A stretch of 64,000 nt of DNA from the human T2T-CHM13v2.0 reference genome, Homo sapiens. The stretch lies in assembly GCF_009914755.1 (NCBI RefSeq), contig NC_060925.1. One strand, written 5' to 3'. The notes under the pieces are model-generated. The model worked only from the letters and a program-made list of their open reading frames with translations. It had not been told where the DNA came from and searched no databases. A program made the translations under genes and the position numbers. Shown piece after piece: positions 12,562-28,230 of the stretch. How positions within the stretch are numbered: the first letter of the stretch is position 1; every line of letters starts with the position of its first letter.

Positions 12562-14337
12562 GGCTAATATATGGAGATTGATTTATCATTTTATCAAAAA
12601 GGTAACCCAAATACTAATATGACTTTTTTGAGACCATCCATTTAACAAATTGGACTAAAAGACTCAAAAGTTCTTTTATGTTTTATGCCCAAACTAATTA
12701 ACATTGAGTAAAGTTAGTCCAAAAATTATAAACGTTTTATTGCTCATTTAAACTCATTATTTGCAGCTATTATAAGCTATAGCAAATGAAGTTTACTTCC
12801 CTCAGATATTCTACAATTATTGTATGCCCTTAAATTTGTATTTTAAAATTCAGTTTTATATTCTAGCAAAACTCTACAATTTGCCTTTTAGACAAAATTA
12901 CTCTCTTTGCCTTGATAAGCAAAAACACATTAATTATATTGCATGCACTTTTCTAAATACTCAAACTGACTTAATTTCTTAAAGTAGTATAAAAGAACAT
13001 GTGCATTAATCAGAACTAAGGGTACTTTTACATACTGTTCATTCTCCTACTTGATAGCCACTCTATAATGTGTAAAAATATGCAGCAAGGATATGTTAAA
13101 AATTTTATGAGACTCATCCAAAGATTTTTCACTAATTATCTCAATGAAATATTAGCCAAGCTCATAAAGCTAACTAGTATGTTAAAATTCATTTTAAACT
13201 GACACACTGCAGAGAATTTATACTAAAATATAAAAATTTACATGAAAATTGTGTTACATATGAAATTTGAATTTTTTACCATGTAGGGTATGTGTGGTTT
13301 TACCTATACAGTATAATTATTTGTAGCCCCATCTCAAGTTACAGGAACAAATGTTTTAAAAAATACTAGTTTAATAATTCAATTCAGCTGAGCCATAAAT
13401 CCAGTAGGGGACATCTAGAAAGCTCTGGTAAGTTAAAATATTTTATAAACCAGAAAAATATGCTAACATTAATTCTAAGATTGTGATAAAATCAGAGAAA
13501 AAACATAATTAATTTAAACCAAAATTATCAAACCATATACATTTATCCAAGGATTTCCCATGATTAAAAATATTACTGAACTTTACTTCAGTCAAATTTT
13601 TAAAACGCTTCAATTTTGTTCTGAAGCACTGAAGTCCTTTGCGTTATGCGATTCTCTTACCCGCCTGCCTTCCCTTGCTTCTCGCCTTCTGACATAGCAA
13701 CAAAGTCCATTAATTCACCTCAGAACTAAACCTCTCTATAGATTTTTTCTTCTGAGCTGCAGTTCAGCAAGTTACCTGTGCTAGTATACATAAGCCAAGG
13801 AAAACAGAAGCTCCATTAAACTTAAGAAATTGTTTAACCTAATTCATTAATTTTCTCCAGAGATAGGAAAATGTACAATAATTTGTTCAGAAGATATTTA
13901 CATACATACAACAAGAAGTCATTATCAAATTCGGAGCCAGTGATGATTTTCTCCCTGCTTTATTGTAGACTTTCATATGCTATTTATTTATAGTCCTTAT
14001 CCAGTCAGATTATAGATTATGGTAGAGACGTAATTTTTGAGGTTGAGTAATACTTTACTGTTGATGTATAGAATATTCCTCACAACTTATTTTAACTCAT
14101 TTTTATATTTCTATGAGATTTTCCTTGTTTGGGGTTTTTTGTTTGTTTGAGAAAAGGGCTAGAGAAATTTAAATGCTTGAAAACCTTTAGAGTTTTCAGA
14201 AGCACCCAGAACTTCAAAGAAACACAAAGCTATTCTCATTAATGCTTTCTTAAGACAAATAAAGCAAAGCCCTATCAACAGTTAGAGCTCTCCATTTTTC
14301 AAGCTATGCAAGATTGTCTCCAATAGTTATGGCTTCA

Positions 14338-14507
14338 GCAGTGGTTCAGCTTGAGTGTGCATCAGAACCACCTGCAAAGCCTAATTAAACGGATTCCTTG
14401 GCTCACTTGGCAGTATATGACTCAGTAGGTAAGATTTGAGAATTTGCATATCTAACAAGTTGTCGGGTAATACTGATACCGATGTCTAGGGACTATGAGA
14501 ATCACTA
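14338..14507. mobile_element. MER5A (hAT-Charlie non-autonomous DNA transposon)
   Basis: CAGTGGTTC...GTGCATCAGAACCACCTG...TGACTCAGTAGGT...TGAGAATTTGCATATCTAACAAGTT...TGAGAATCACT. Confidence 0.75.
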
Positions 14508-16834
14508 ACCTAGAGTGTTTAAAAAATGACCAATTTCTGTGCCCAATTATCTGCCAAAGTTTCCTAAGAGAAGGAAAACAACAACAACAAACAAACAAAC
14601 AAACCAAAACAGAGAGAAACTGAGAGAAACAGCCACAACTGGAAACTAGTAACACAAAAACAAACCATTGTAAAGGCTAATTAACTTATTTTCATACCAA
14701 TGGGGAAAGATTTTTATTTCATTTTGCACCCACAAAAAGCTTTAGGAGTTTTTTCATGTGCCAGAAGGAAGCACATAACCTCCAAATTCACAATCTATTC
14801 TTTGCCCGTTTGCTGTAGTTACTCTTTGTACCAAAGGTTCTGAGTCTGGAGTCTCTGCTTCCACTGGTCAGATAGACTCTCTCCTTACATTGTGGTCTCT
14901 CACTGAATGTTCTCACCCACTGCTTCCTCACTACGTAATATCTGCCCAAGAAGCTCCCGTCTTCTCATTCTCCCATCCCATATGCTGACATTCTTTCCAG
15001 TCCCTGCATTGTTATGAGAGCTCAGTGGGGGAGGGAGCTGAATGTCTGTATTCAGTCCACAACTACGATCTAGGATACTCTGTATTAACCATAAATAATT
15101 GATGCAAGTTTCTTCCACTCAGCCATAGCTGAGCCAGATTACCCGCAATGCTATCTCATCCCACCACAGTCTCTACGACTAATTTCTATTATACAAGGTA
15201 AGATCAACATTTGAAGTGATTGAGTTTAAACATAAAAAGATGTATTGGCTCCTGCGACTGGGCAGTCTTCAGGGTTAGTTGCTTGAGTGATCAACGATAC
15301 CATTAAGATTATGATTGGGACATGAAAAAAAGAACTGGCAAATAAGGAGAGAACTTTGACAATAGAAAGGCATTTAATCCTTGTGTTGTTTTGAGCGCCC
15401 TAAAGGAAAAGACAAATTAAAGGCAGATCCTAACAGAACTATTAACAAAGAAGGAAGAGGGTGAATGAGACTCTTGAATCAAAAATTCTTAATTCTTAAC
15501 TCCACCTGTGAAATCTTACTTAATCTGGTTATACTGAGAATAATCATCACACCATTCTGTCTCACATTCTAGAAGGCTTTGTAGTGGTAGAACTGTAAAC
15601 AACATATAAACATTTCTGAAATATTGTGGTTGTTTTATCTTCCATAAACCTCACACAAGCCGTGTGTATGATCATCCATCTTCTGGGCCATTATCTGATT
15701 ATTGCTGCTATCTCTCGCTTTGGGGAAAGGAGGTCTCTTTCCTTATCAATACTATTGGATCAGCTCTTCTAATTTCATGATGACATGAGTGTTCAGGAAT
15801 GATGGAAGGCAAATGTAACTCTGAGAAAACTTGGTTTAACTACTGCATTTCACAAGTCCATATCCATCCTAGAAGGTCTTCCAGCCTGCTCTCTGCCTTG
15901 CTCCCAAGATGGCCACATGTAGGTCTCTTCTTTCCCGTAACCAGAGGGTTATAGATTATATTATCCTTCAAAGTCTGGGATAAACCAATTTCTCACTCTA
16001 AAGAGAACAACGTGTTTTGATTTTTCCAACCCTAACCCTAGCCTAAAGTCTACCTTCTAATCCTATCTTATTACAAATGTCCCTGGATTGATCTTTCAAG
16101 GGATTTTTGCCTACTGAAAAAATATTACTCTCACTCAAAGAATTGTGGCCTGACAAGAAATCTACAAGAGTCTTGGACACAGAGGCCAAAACATCATAAC
16201 ATCTGGATTATTCAGGATAAAGTAATATCACCTGTGGGTTACCCACAGCCCAGTCCTCAGCTTCAGACAATGCCGGAGTCACTAGTGTTCTGTTTTCTTT
16301 CCTCTATCATTCCTATTCAAAAATTCTAAAAATTTGGAGTTCCATTTCTCTTAAGAAGACATGAATACATTAGTACAGTAACATATTTATTTCTACTTCC
16401 TTGAAATTTTATTGAGAAATCCATCATTTTCCAAACTTTTCTTTCTATTGGTGTAAAACAGGGATGAATGGCCATGAGCACTTCATTGCCTCATCTCAGG
16501 TGACACTTCTTTGCCCTTTGAAAAGCCTATAATGTACTTTATAATGTAGTTTAACTTTTCCACTTCACCTCATGTAAACAAACTGATTTTCCAACTTATC
16601 AATACAGTATGAACATTTCTCCAAGTCAATTAACAAAAAGAGGAAATATCACTTTAAATGAATGCACAGTTTCTCTATATAGAGAAAAATAATATGTGTG
16701 CATATATGCATGTGTAAATATATGTATATGACTAAATTCTACAAGTTTTTAAACTATCTTTTTACTGATGGAGACTCATCATGGTTTTTTTCCCCCTGTA
16801 CTACAAACAAAGTAGCCATAAACATTCTAACATT

Positions 16835-17163
16835 CTGGAGTATGGTATCCCTTATATGAAATGCTTGGGACCAAAAATATTGTAGATTTTGGATTTTTTC
16901 AAATTTTGAAATATTTTCATATCATAACATGATATGTTAGGAATGAGACCCAATCTAAATTTATTTACATTCCCTACATATAGTATACATGTAGCCTGAA
17001 GGTAATTTTATGTATTTGTAAAATTTTGTGCAAGAAACAAAATTTTGACTGTCTTTTGGCTGTGACCAGTCATATAATGTCATATGTGAAATTTTTCACC
17101 TGTGGCATCATATCAGTGCTCAAAATGTTTCCAATTTTGAAGCATTTCAGATTTCAGATTTTT
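16835..17163. mobile_element. MER46/Tigger4-derived DNA transposon, truncated where Tigger3 begins
   Basis: GTATCCCTTATATGAAATGCTTGGGACC...TTTTGAAGCATTTCAGATTTCAGATTTTT. Confidence 0.75.
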
Positions 17164-17564
17164 TAGTTGACCTTGGAACAACATGGGTTTCAACTGTGCA
17201 GGTCCGCCTACACTGGTATTTTTTTAAAAAAAAAATATATCAGAAAAAGTTTTGGAGAATTGCAATTGAAAAAACTAGCAGACTAACTGCATAGCCTAGA
17301 ATATAAAAAAAAAAAATTAAGAAAAAGCTATGTACATCCTGAATGCATAAAGTATATGTATATATTAATCTATTTTATCATTTACTACCATAAAATATAC
17401 ACAAATCTATTATAAAAAGTTAAAACTTATCAAAATGTATGCACACAAACCGTACAAGTCACTATTTGCAGTCAAGAGAAACATAAACAAACATAAAGAT
17501 GCTGTATTAAACCACAACTGCATACAATTAACAATAGCACATACTGTACTACCCAAATAATTAC

Positions 17565-17780
17565 TTTTATTTTATTTTTATAAATGTGCTAGGTACAAGC
17601 ATACTTTTATTATATGATTGTTTTGTTATTTGGATATATTGCTAGTGGTGAAGTCTGAGCTTTTACTGTACTCATCACCCCAATAGTGAACATTGTACCC
17701 AATAATAATTTTTCAACCCTCACTCCCCTCCAACCCTGGCATCTTTTGGAATATTCTCCAGCGTCTACTTTCCAGTGTAT
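17565..17780 (-). mobile_element. L1 3'-end fragment (L1PB/L1MA-like) inserted into Tigger3
   Basis: T-rich tail then GTGGTGAAGTCTGAGCTTTTACTGTACTCATCACCCCAATAGTGAACATTGTACCC; the host motif TGTACTA...AATAATT is imperfectly duplicated on both sides. Confidence 0.7.
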
Positions 17781-17987
17781 GTACTATTATAATAATTTTG
17801 TAGCCACCCCCTGTTGCTACTGTGGTGAGCTCATGTTGCCAGTATCTGCCATGAGCACTTGGTCTCTTCAGTAAATTCTGTATCTACGTAAATAGTGTGT
17901 TCTCTCACAGTTCTCTTTTCATTGTGCTTAGTGTAATACTATAAATCTTGAATAACACCATGAGACCAATACAAAGTGCCACAAGTG

Positions 17988-19560
17988 ATGCTGGGAGTGC
18001 TCCCAAGAAGCAGAGAAAAGTTGTGACATTATGAGAAAAAGTTAGATTGCTTCCTATAGATTGAGTTCTTCAGCTGCCTGCCATTTCAAAATAAATGAAT
18101 CCAGTGTAAGATCCCTTAAAAAAAAAAAGAGAAATTCATAAGGCCTCATTTTGTGCCAACAGGCATGAAAACCTTGTCCTTTCTTATCTCATATTCAAAA
18201 TGCAGCTTTTATGTGGGGTACAGAATTGCTATAAGAAAGACATACCTATAGACTCTTATTTGATTCAAGAAATAGCGAAGTCATTATTTGACAACTTAAA
18301 GTAAAAGCAAGGTGAAAGATCTAAAGCTGGAGAATTTAATGGCAGCAAAGGATGATTTGATAATTTTAGAAAGTGGTTTGGTTTTAAAAATGTCAGGATA
18401 ATGGGAGTAGCAACTTCTGCCAACCAAGAACCAGCAAGTGAATTCTCAAATGCCGTTAAGAAAAACATTGAGGAGAAAGGATATCTGCCTGAATAGGTAT
18501 TAATGCAGCTGAAAGTGCCCTATTCCAGGGGGAAAAATAAAAGCCACAAAGGTCATTTATTAGTAAGGAAGAGAAGCAAGCACCAAGATTTAAGGCAGGA
18601 AGGGATAGGCTAACTCTACTGCTTTGTGCAAATGTAGTCGGGTTTATGATCAGGGCTGCCCTTAACTATAAAGCTGCTAACCCCTGAGTCTTGAAAGGGA
18701 AAAGAGAAACACTAGTTGCCAGTCTTTTGGTTGTACAACAAGAAGGCCTGGACTATGAGAATGCTTTTTCTGGATTAGTTCCATCAATGCTTTGTCCCTG
18801 AAGTCAGAAGTACCTTGCCAATAAGGGACTGCTTTTTAAAGTTTTTTGTTGTTGTTGTTGTTTAATTGGAAAATGCCCCCTGGCCACCCAGAACCCCATG
18901 AGTTCAACACCAAAGGCACTGAAGTGTTCTCCTTTCCCCCCAAACACATCTCTACTTCAGCTTCTAGATAAGGGAGTCATAAGGACCTTTAAGGCTCTAC
19001 ATATGGCACTCTATGGAAAGATTTGTCAACATTCCAAAAGAGAAACCCAATAGAGAGAACATCATGGAAGTCTGGGAGGCTTACACCTTTCAAGATGTCA
19101 TCAGTTGATATAGAAAACCATGAAACTCAAAACAATAAATTCCTGCTGGACAAAAGTACAATTTGTGTCCAGATGTTGTGCATAGCTACAGAATTACGAC
19201 AAACCCAATTTAGAGAAAACCATGGAAAGAAGTATGGATATGAAGGGAAAAAAAGGTGTGGAGTGAAGGGTTGTAAGATATGGATCTTGGAGGAATTTAA
19301 GAGCTAATACACACCACACCAGAGGAATTAACAAAAGATGACTTCATGGAGATGAGTGCTTCCTAACCAGTGCCAGATAATGAGGAAGAAGACATAGGAA
19401 AAGCAGTGCCAGAAAACAAATTGGCATTCAACAATCTGGCAAAAGAACTTTGATTATTCAAGACTACTTTTGACTTCTTTTATGACATAGACCGTTCCAT
19501 GATACAGGAACTGAAACTAAAGCAAATGGTGGAAGACGGATAGGTACTACACTGAAATGT
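17988..19560 (+). pseudogene. Degenerate Tigger3 pogo-type transposase (CENP-B-like HTH + DDE_1), multiple stops and frameshifts
   Basis: Manually read fragments: APKKQRKVVTL*EKV, FNGSKG*FDNFRK, GYLPE*V, KQAPRFKAGRDRLTLLLCAN, WLYNKKAW, LENAP, LQLLDKGVIRTFKA. Confidence 0.85.
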
Positions 19561-20359
19561 TTTTAGAGAAATGAAAAAGCAAAATAGACAGAAATAATGA
19601 TGTATTTTTGTAAAGTCTCACCAAGTGTGCTTGCCTCTTTTGCTTCCCCTTCCATCCCTTCACCCTCTTCCACCTCTGCTACCCTAAGACACAAAGACCA
19701 GCTCCTCCTCCTCCTCCTCTGCCTACTCAACATGAACACAACAATGATGAAGACCTTTAGGATGATCCACTTCCACTTAATGAATGGGTCATATATTTTC
19801 TCTTCCTTACAATTTTCTTGACTATAATTTCTTTTCTGTAGCTTAGTTTATTGTAAGAATACAGTATATAATACACATAGCATGCAAAATATGTCTTAAA
19901 TGTAACGCATGTTATCAGTAAGCCTTCTGGTCAACAATAGGTTATTAGTAGTTTGGGGGGAATCAAAATTTGTATGCAGATTTTTCACTGTGTGGGAGGC
20001 CAGCTCCCCTAACCCTATATTGTTCAAGGGGCAACAATATTCTTTCTCACTGGCACTTTACTTTCCATAAATTCAAATCCCAAAAGTAGAACTGCAAGTT
20101 CAAAAGGATTTTTAAAAAAATAATTACTGTCAGATTACAGAAAGTTTCCAATTTACATTTTCACTACCAATGTACAATGTTGGCATCCCTGAATCCTTAT
20201 CAGCAATGAATTTTTAAATATACTATAAGAGATGAAAAAATTTTTTTAAAATTTGGAATTCCCTGATCACTAATGAAGTTAAGCATCAATATTATTCCTT
20301 TAATATGCAAATGCTGAAAATACATTTAACTATAATAGATGTCAAAAATCTGTAAATCA

Positions 20360-20510
20360 GGCTAGGTGTGGTAGGCACTCACCTGTATTCCCAGCCACTG
20401 GGAGACTTGAGTCCAGGAGTTCCAGACTGTAGTATGCAATGATCAAGCCTGTGAATAGCCACTGCACTCCAGCATGGACAACATAGCAAGACCCCATCTT
20501 TTTTTAAAGA
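20360..20510 (+). mobile_element. FAM (fossil Alu monomer)
   Basis: Diagnostic CTGTAGTATGCAATGATCAAGCCTGTGAATAGCCACTGCACTCCAGC. Confidence 0.8.
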
Positions 20511-20580
20511 AAAGAGTCTATAAGACAAAGGTCCTCATAAATTAAGAGAAGCCAAGACAGTCACTGTGACTGCAGAATAT

Positions 20581-22328
<1,748 letters not shown>

Positions 22329-23411
22329 TTCAAATATTATTGTAAAACAATGAGATATTGAAACATACATTGGAGCAAACTCTTCTTCATTTTTAAATCC
22401 TTTCAGCACAGAGACAATCAACTGACTGTCTGGGTACTACCTGACCACTATTGGAGTCTCTTTCATCTGCCTGAGTCTGTGCAACAATATGAAATTATAA
22501 TTTTACTATGCACCTAAACGTTCCTCAATATATTGAATTCTTACAGAATTTGAAGAGTCAAATTTTGTAAATCCAGTTACCTTTTTCCACTACTCTAGGC
22601 CTCATATACTATCTGGCCTAAGGGTTAAAGGTCCACAATTGAATAAGCCAAACTTGTTAATTTGAAGGTAAAGCATGTCAAGAAATCTGGCCTTAATGTC
22701 CAATGAACTTATGTCATATTAAGTAGCTGGATAGAAACATGCATTCCAAAGTGGATACTGTTTATCAGGCTCAGTGCTCTATTCTTGATGGTAAATCCCA
22801 GAATAGGGTGGATGCTTTAATTTTGTATTAAATAGTATTAGGTGTAATATCAAAACCACTAAGGGAACACTAATGATGAGAATAGGAACACTAGCTGTGG
22901 AGCTGGTAACTTTCTATAGAAATCCTATCTCTTTCAATTGCCTGTTTAGTGGGCAAGTGTTTCAGTTCCTATAATATCTAAATTGGAGAAAATCACCCCA
23001 CCTACTTCTTCAGGTGTTATGATAATTATGAGGGATAACATCTTTTTAAGTGTTTAACACAATTCCTCACACATAGAAAGCAATAATAAACATTGGCTAG
23101 CATTGTAAGGATGGATTATTGTCTTCCAATGTGTTTTCATACATTTTCTTTCTGGGATCTTGAGTGAAACATGTGGATCTAGAACAAGAACAAAATGATG
23201 TTACCTTGATGATCTCTATGTAGGGTCACACTCAAGGCATCTTAAAATATTTTGCTGGCCAACAAAAGACACCTCCTGTTCTAATTGGGCATTGTCCTTT
23301 TCTTTAAACTATGCAGACAAACAATATTATAAAGTGAGAACATCCGCATAAAAAACCTAAACATAAATCTTAATAGTGAGTTCATGAAAATTCTTACTGA
23401 TGAAATGGCAA

Positions 23412-23768
23412 TGTCACAGACTGACTGTTTATGTCCCCCCAAATTTGTATATTGAAATCCTAACCCCCAAGCTACTCGTGTTAGGAGATAGAGCCTTGGG
23501 GAGGTGATTAGGCCATGAGGACAAGATTCTCATGAATGGAATTTGTGCCCTTATAAAAGAGATCCCAGAGAGCTCATTGGCCCCTTCCAAAGTATGGGGA
23601 TACAGCAGGAAGTTGCCATCTATGAGCCAGAAGGGTGAACCTCACCCCAGATGCTGAATCTGCCTTGATATTGGACTTCCCAGCCTGCACAACTGTAAGA
23701 AATTTCTGTTGTTTATAAGTTACTCAGCTTGTGGTATTTTGTTACAGCAGCCTACACAGACTAAGACA
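23412..23768 (+). mobile_element. MLT1A0-like MaLR solo LTR
   Basis: TG...GTTTATGTCCCCCCAAATTTGTATATTGAAATCCTAACCCCCAA...GGGAGGTGATTAGGCCATGAGG...GACTAAGACA. Confidence 0.88.
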
Positions 23769-24751
23769 AGTAGCATTTTGAGGATTAAAATTTCTTCATA
23801 AATGAATAGAGTATGCCCTGTTAAACCATATTCTCAGCTAACCCCGTTTACTCACTGTTCCTCTTTATTTTAGTTTCACATTTTTGCTATTTATCTCTGT
23901 AATTTTATTCATTCTTCACAATTTGCCATTCTTATACTTCGAATCATGTTATCAGTTTATAATACCTCCATCAAATGATAGTCTGCATTTGTTTATCCTT
24001 GGCTGATTCAAAACACTTGGCATAATTTCCTTAAAGGAAATCATCTTCATCCCACCTCACAACACTGTATTATTTTCAATTAATTTCCAATAAACTCTTA
24101 ATTGTCCATGCTCTGTCAGAGTTGGCAGAGTTAATCCCTGTTTAAGCTAATAGGTTCAACTTCTTCAACAAACAAATCTTTCATGAAAGCTGCTGACAAG
24201 CCAGAGTATTAATTAAATCTAGTTTCATTGCTTCTCACTTTCCTTGATCCTTCTCTCTTGTTCTTTGGGAAACAGTCACAGAGTTCTGGCGCTAATAAAT
24301 ACTATAAAAAGTAGGAAATACAGTCTAAAGAAGCAGAATATTCTGTTTAAAGTTGATGTGGTGCTTTTTGTGCACCAAGCATTGGCTCAAAAGCCTGAAA
24401 ATTAGGCAGCAATACTTCCTAAGCTCATCTTCAACCATAAGGCAGAAAAGCCAAACATATCTGAAAATATAATATCACTGGTACCTTATACCAGCACTAA
24501 GAATAAGAAAACCCTGGAAAGTGGCTCGAGTACAGTATTTTTCTATTGGAATTAATTTTTCAAAATGGAAAGGACTTCATTGTTATTTTTATTATAAAAT
24601 TAGTATATGTTTATTATTAAAAATAAGTACAAAAATCTCTAAAAGAAAAAGGGAAAAATTACCAGCAGTTCCACATTCCAGATATCATCACTGTTAGCAT
24701 TTAGGATACAAATATCCAAACACTTTTTCTATCAATACATTTAATTTTTAA

Positions 24752-24845
24752 ATTTGACCATTACGCAATGTACACATGCACTAAAGCACCACACTGTACC
24801 CCATAAACATGTGCAATTATTATGTCAATTAAAAACAAAATAAAA
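24752..24845 (+). mobile_element. L1MA-type extreme 3'-end fragment
   Basis: TTTGACCATTACGCAATGTACACATG...CACACTGTACCCCATAAACATGTGCAATTATTATGTCAATTAAAAA. Confidence 0.75.
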
Positions 24846-25708
24846 GCATTTTACAAAAAATCATGTTATTTTTAATAACTTGTTTTTCTAATTTTATACA
24901 CCATAAAATAAATGTCTTTACATGACATTTATTTTATGATAATAACTAATTTATTCATTTAAACAGCAAGGTACATTTCATTCTACAGATATACTATATA
25001 ATATTTACTCCGATCTCTGGATGAGAATTTATGTTGCCTGTAAATATTGTATCACAAACATTATAAGAATAATCTCTGTAAAGGTTTCCTTCCTGAATTA
25101 TTATTTGGGTAGAAAAATTACTAGAAATAGAATAACTGGGTCAAAGATTAAAGACAATTTAAATTTCAATATATAGAATCAAATTATTCTCCAAAATATT
25201 GTACTCTACAGTATTTGAATTTTGATTTTTTTCTCCATTTTCACTACTGCCAATAACTTTAATCTTTGTCGATAAATGAGACAAAAAAGACAAATAATGC
25301 AATATTATACAAGGGAGATTAATAGGTAGAAAAAGAAATGCAATGGCCAGGAGTAACAGAAGATGTTCAACATCAATCCAATCAAATTAATGCGTCTTTA
25401 AAATGCAATAGCAGTCAATGTTAGCAAGAGTGTAGGTATTAGACATTCTCATAGGAATATAAACTAGGGCCATGTTTTAGGATCATATTAGATCGCAGCA
25501 ATTAAAAAATGTTAAATTCATATGTTGTATAGCAACTTCTCAGGTTGGAATTTATCACATGGAGAATCTTGTAAAATACATAAACCAAGATATGTTATTA
25601 ATGTTATTGGTAGCCTATTGTTTTAATAAAAAATATATTTATACAATACAGTTGTTAAAAGTTAAGAATATCTTGAAGGTAAATTATTAAACAAAAATAG
25701 AATGCCTA

Positions 25709-25840
25709 GGCCAGGCAAGACTTCATCTCATGCTTATAATCCCAACACTTTTGGAGACTGAGGTGGGAGGATTGCTTGAGCCCAGGAGTTTGAGACCAAC
25801 CTGGGCAACACAGTGAGACCTCATCTCTAGAAAAAAAAAA
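25709..25840 (+). mobile_element. FLAM_C / Alu left monomer
   Basis: Monomer with A tail; imperfect TSD AAAATAGAATGCCTA / AAAATACAAAGCCTA. Confidence 0.85.
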
Positions 25841-26954
25841 TACAAAGCCTAGTTCTGAACATCCTTTTGTGTAATACTAAAAGATAAAATTTTATTTTCT
25901 ACCTTGTTTAAGATCTATATTCTATACGGGGGATGTGTATTAAGGTCATTTTTAAAAAGATACTCAAGAAATTGTCAACAGTGATTATCTTAAGGAGAGA
26001 TTCTAGATGTCTGGGGGTAAGAGACTAGAGGAAAGAGAATTTTATATTTCATTTTTACCTTTATTTAACTTTTTGATTTTCTTACTGGGTGCATGAATTA
26101 TATTTTTATGTCAGCATGTTTTATCAGATAAATAAAATTATGAGCTATTTCTGTTTTCTCTCATTTGTTTTATGTTTAAATAAAGGAAAATGAGATATGT
26201 CTTTTTAAATTAGATAATCTTGAGTCCATGATTATTATGAAAGCCCTCTGTTATCTTTTTCCTTCCTTTCACAATGACTATTTATGTTGTAGAATCATTA
26301 ATTTCTCAAGACAAATGTCTTAGAAGGTAGATACAAAAAAATGGTATACATTTTTTGATTCAAGCTAATTTCATGTTACGAACAAAATTACGTAATGTCA
26401 TTTCTAAGACCTTTCTGTGATCTATCAATCCACTAGGTTAAAGAGCAGAAATCACTTCCAAAACAAATCCTTTTGCAGTCAGCAAAATGAAGCAATTATA
26501 TGAATAAGTTTTTCCACTTGGCCTATTTTTCTACCCATGGTTATTAATCAGTCTCACTGACTACATTTTCCGTTTTACATCCCCTTTCAGGCACTACTGC
26601 AGATGGCCAAGCATATCACATTATGTAAATAAAATAAAACAAAATCTTTTCCCATTGAGCAAATGGATATACTTCACCTCTAATGCTTCCAGTCTTTCTC
26701 AGATCATTCAAAAAGCATGATATGGTTTCCATGAAAGGACATTCATCCCATTTGACTAACTGGAATTTCTTTACTCCAGCTAATCTTTACCAAAGAGCTG
26801 AATTAATTCAAGTTGACACCCTGTTATCTACCAGCTCTTCCAGCCCTTTTGCTTGATTGTTTTGTCATTTTGCCTTTTCTTTTCTTCTAAAGTGGGAGTA
26901 TGGAGATTTACCCTTCTGAAACAGCTGTGTCACATCATGATCCTTGAGAATATC

Positions 26955-27100
26955 AGCTCTTAACTGGCTGCACATCAAAATCACTGTTTCCTTTGACCAA
27001 TACTCTAGACACACTCAAGCAGAGATTCTGGATTCTGATTTAATTGACACAGAGTAGGGCCTGGGCATTTTTACAGCTCCCCACATGATTCTATTGTGCC
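26955..27100. mobile_element. MER5-family DNA transposon fragment
   Basis: GGCTGCACATCAAAATCAC...GATTCTGATTTAATTG...GGGCCTGGGCATT...GCTCCCCACATGATTCTA. Confidence 0.6.
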
Positions 27101-27227
27101 TCATCTATCCTAGCCCTTAAGCAGGACCAAACATTTGTTCTATCTTAATTATTATTCTCTTAAACTTAGTCCAATTCCTTACAACTGATAGCTTTCTATA
27201 TACTCATCTGCCTTGAGTGATGACAAT

Positions 27228-27590
27228 TGATATGGTTTGGCTGTGTCCACACCCAATCTCATCTTGTAGCTCCCATAATTCCCACATGTTGTGGGAGGGG
27301 CCCAGTGGGAGATAACTGAATCATGAGGATGGGTCTTTCCTGTGCTGTTCTTGGGTTAGTGAGTAAGTCTCATGAGATCTGATCATTTTTAAAATGGGAG
27401 TTTCCCTGCACAAGCTGTCTCTTTGCCTGCTGCCATCCATGTAAGATGTGACTTGCTCCTCTTTGTCCTCCACCATGATTGTGAGGCCTCCCCACCCATG
27501 TGGAACTGTAAGTCCATTAAACCTCTTTCTTTTGTAAATTGCCCGGTCTCAGGTATGTCTTTATCAGCAGCATGAAAACAGATGAATACA
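27228..27590 (+). mobile_element. THE1B-like MaLR solo LTR with a perfect 5-bp TSD
   Basis: TGATATGGTTTGGCTGTGTCC...GAATACA, 363 bp; ACAAT at 27223-27227 and 27591-27595. Confidence 0.93.
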
Positions 27591-27828
27591 ACAATACTGT
27601 AACAAATCGACTCACATCTGTTCTCTTTATAGGAATTGCAGTGCTACAATATTAGTGGCTCTTAATTCTAAGAGTGTTAAAAAATATTAATGCTTGTCTC
27701 ACCCCTAAAGTCTAGGGTGTGACCTGAGTATTAGGTTATTTAAAACTTTTCTCAGGTAATAGACATGTGCAGCCAAGGTTGAGAACCACTCTATAGGGCC
27801 AAGATATGTAAGAAAATTCAAGTCCTTT

Positions 27829-27973
27829 AGCTGGGCGTGGTGGCACACAGCTGTAGCCCCAGGTACTCTGGAAGCTGAGGTGGGAGGATTGCTTGAGCCC
27901 AGGACAGAGAGGCTGCATTAAGCTATGATCACATCACTGCACTCTAGCCTGGGTGACAAAGTGAGATCATGTC
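27829..27973 (+). mobile_element. FRAM / Alu right monomer
   Basis: GCTGGGCGTGGTGGCACAC...GCCTGGGTGACAAAGTGAGA; TSD GAAAATTCAAGTCCT at 27812-27826 and 28232-28246. Confidence 0.85.
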
Positions 27974-28230
27974 AAAAAAAAAAGAAAAAGAAAGGAGAAA
28001 GAAAGGAAGAAGAGGAAGGAAGGAAGGAAGGAAGGAAGGAAAAGAAGAAAGAAAGAAGAAAGAAAGGAACAAAGAAAGAAAGAAAGAAGAGAAAAAGAGA
28101 GAGAGGAAGAAAGAAAGAGAGAAAGAAAGAAAAGAAAAAGGAAGGAAAGAAAGGAAGAAAGAAAGAAAAAGAGAGAAAGAAGAAAGAAGAAAAGGAAAGA
28201 AAGAAAGAGAGAGAGAAAGAAGGAAAAGAA
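27974..28230 (+). repeat. About 257-bp polypurine (GAAA/GGAA/GA) low-complexity tract
   Basis: Seen directly; essentially only A and G. Confidence 0.97.

Larger units (their letters stand above)
17164..20037 (+). mobile_element. Near full-length Tigger3 (GOLEM; pogo/TcMar) DNA transposon; strand given by transposase sense
   Basis: Terminal inverted repeats AGTTGACCTTGGAACAAC (17165) and ATTGTTCAAGGGGCAAC (about 20019-20035); about 2.9 kb with internal transposase remnants. Confidence 0.88.

Noticed and set aside
16028-16045. CCCTAACCCTAG telomere-like hexamers
   Set aside because: Only about two units, which is expected by chance.
19023-19307. 94-aa ORF inside Tigger3 as a possible domesticated transposase
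   Set aside because: A small fragment of a transposase with many stops, frameshifts and mutated catalytic motifs.
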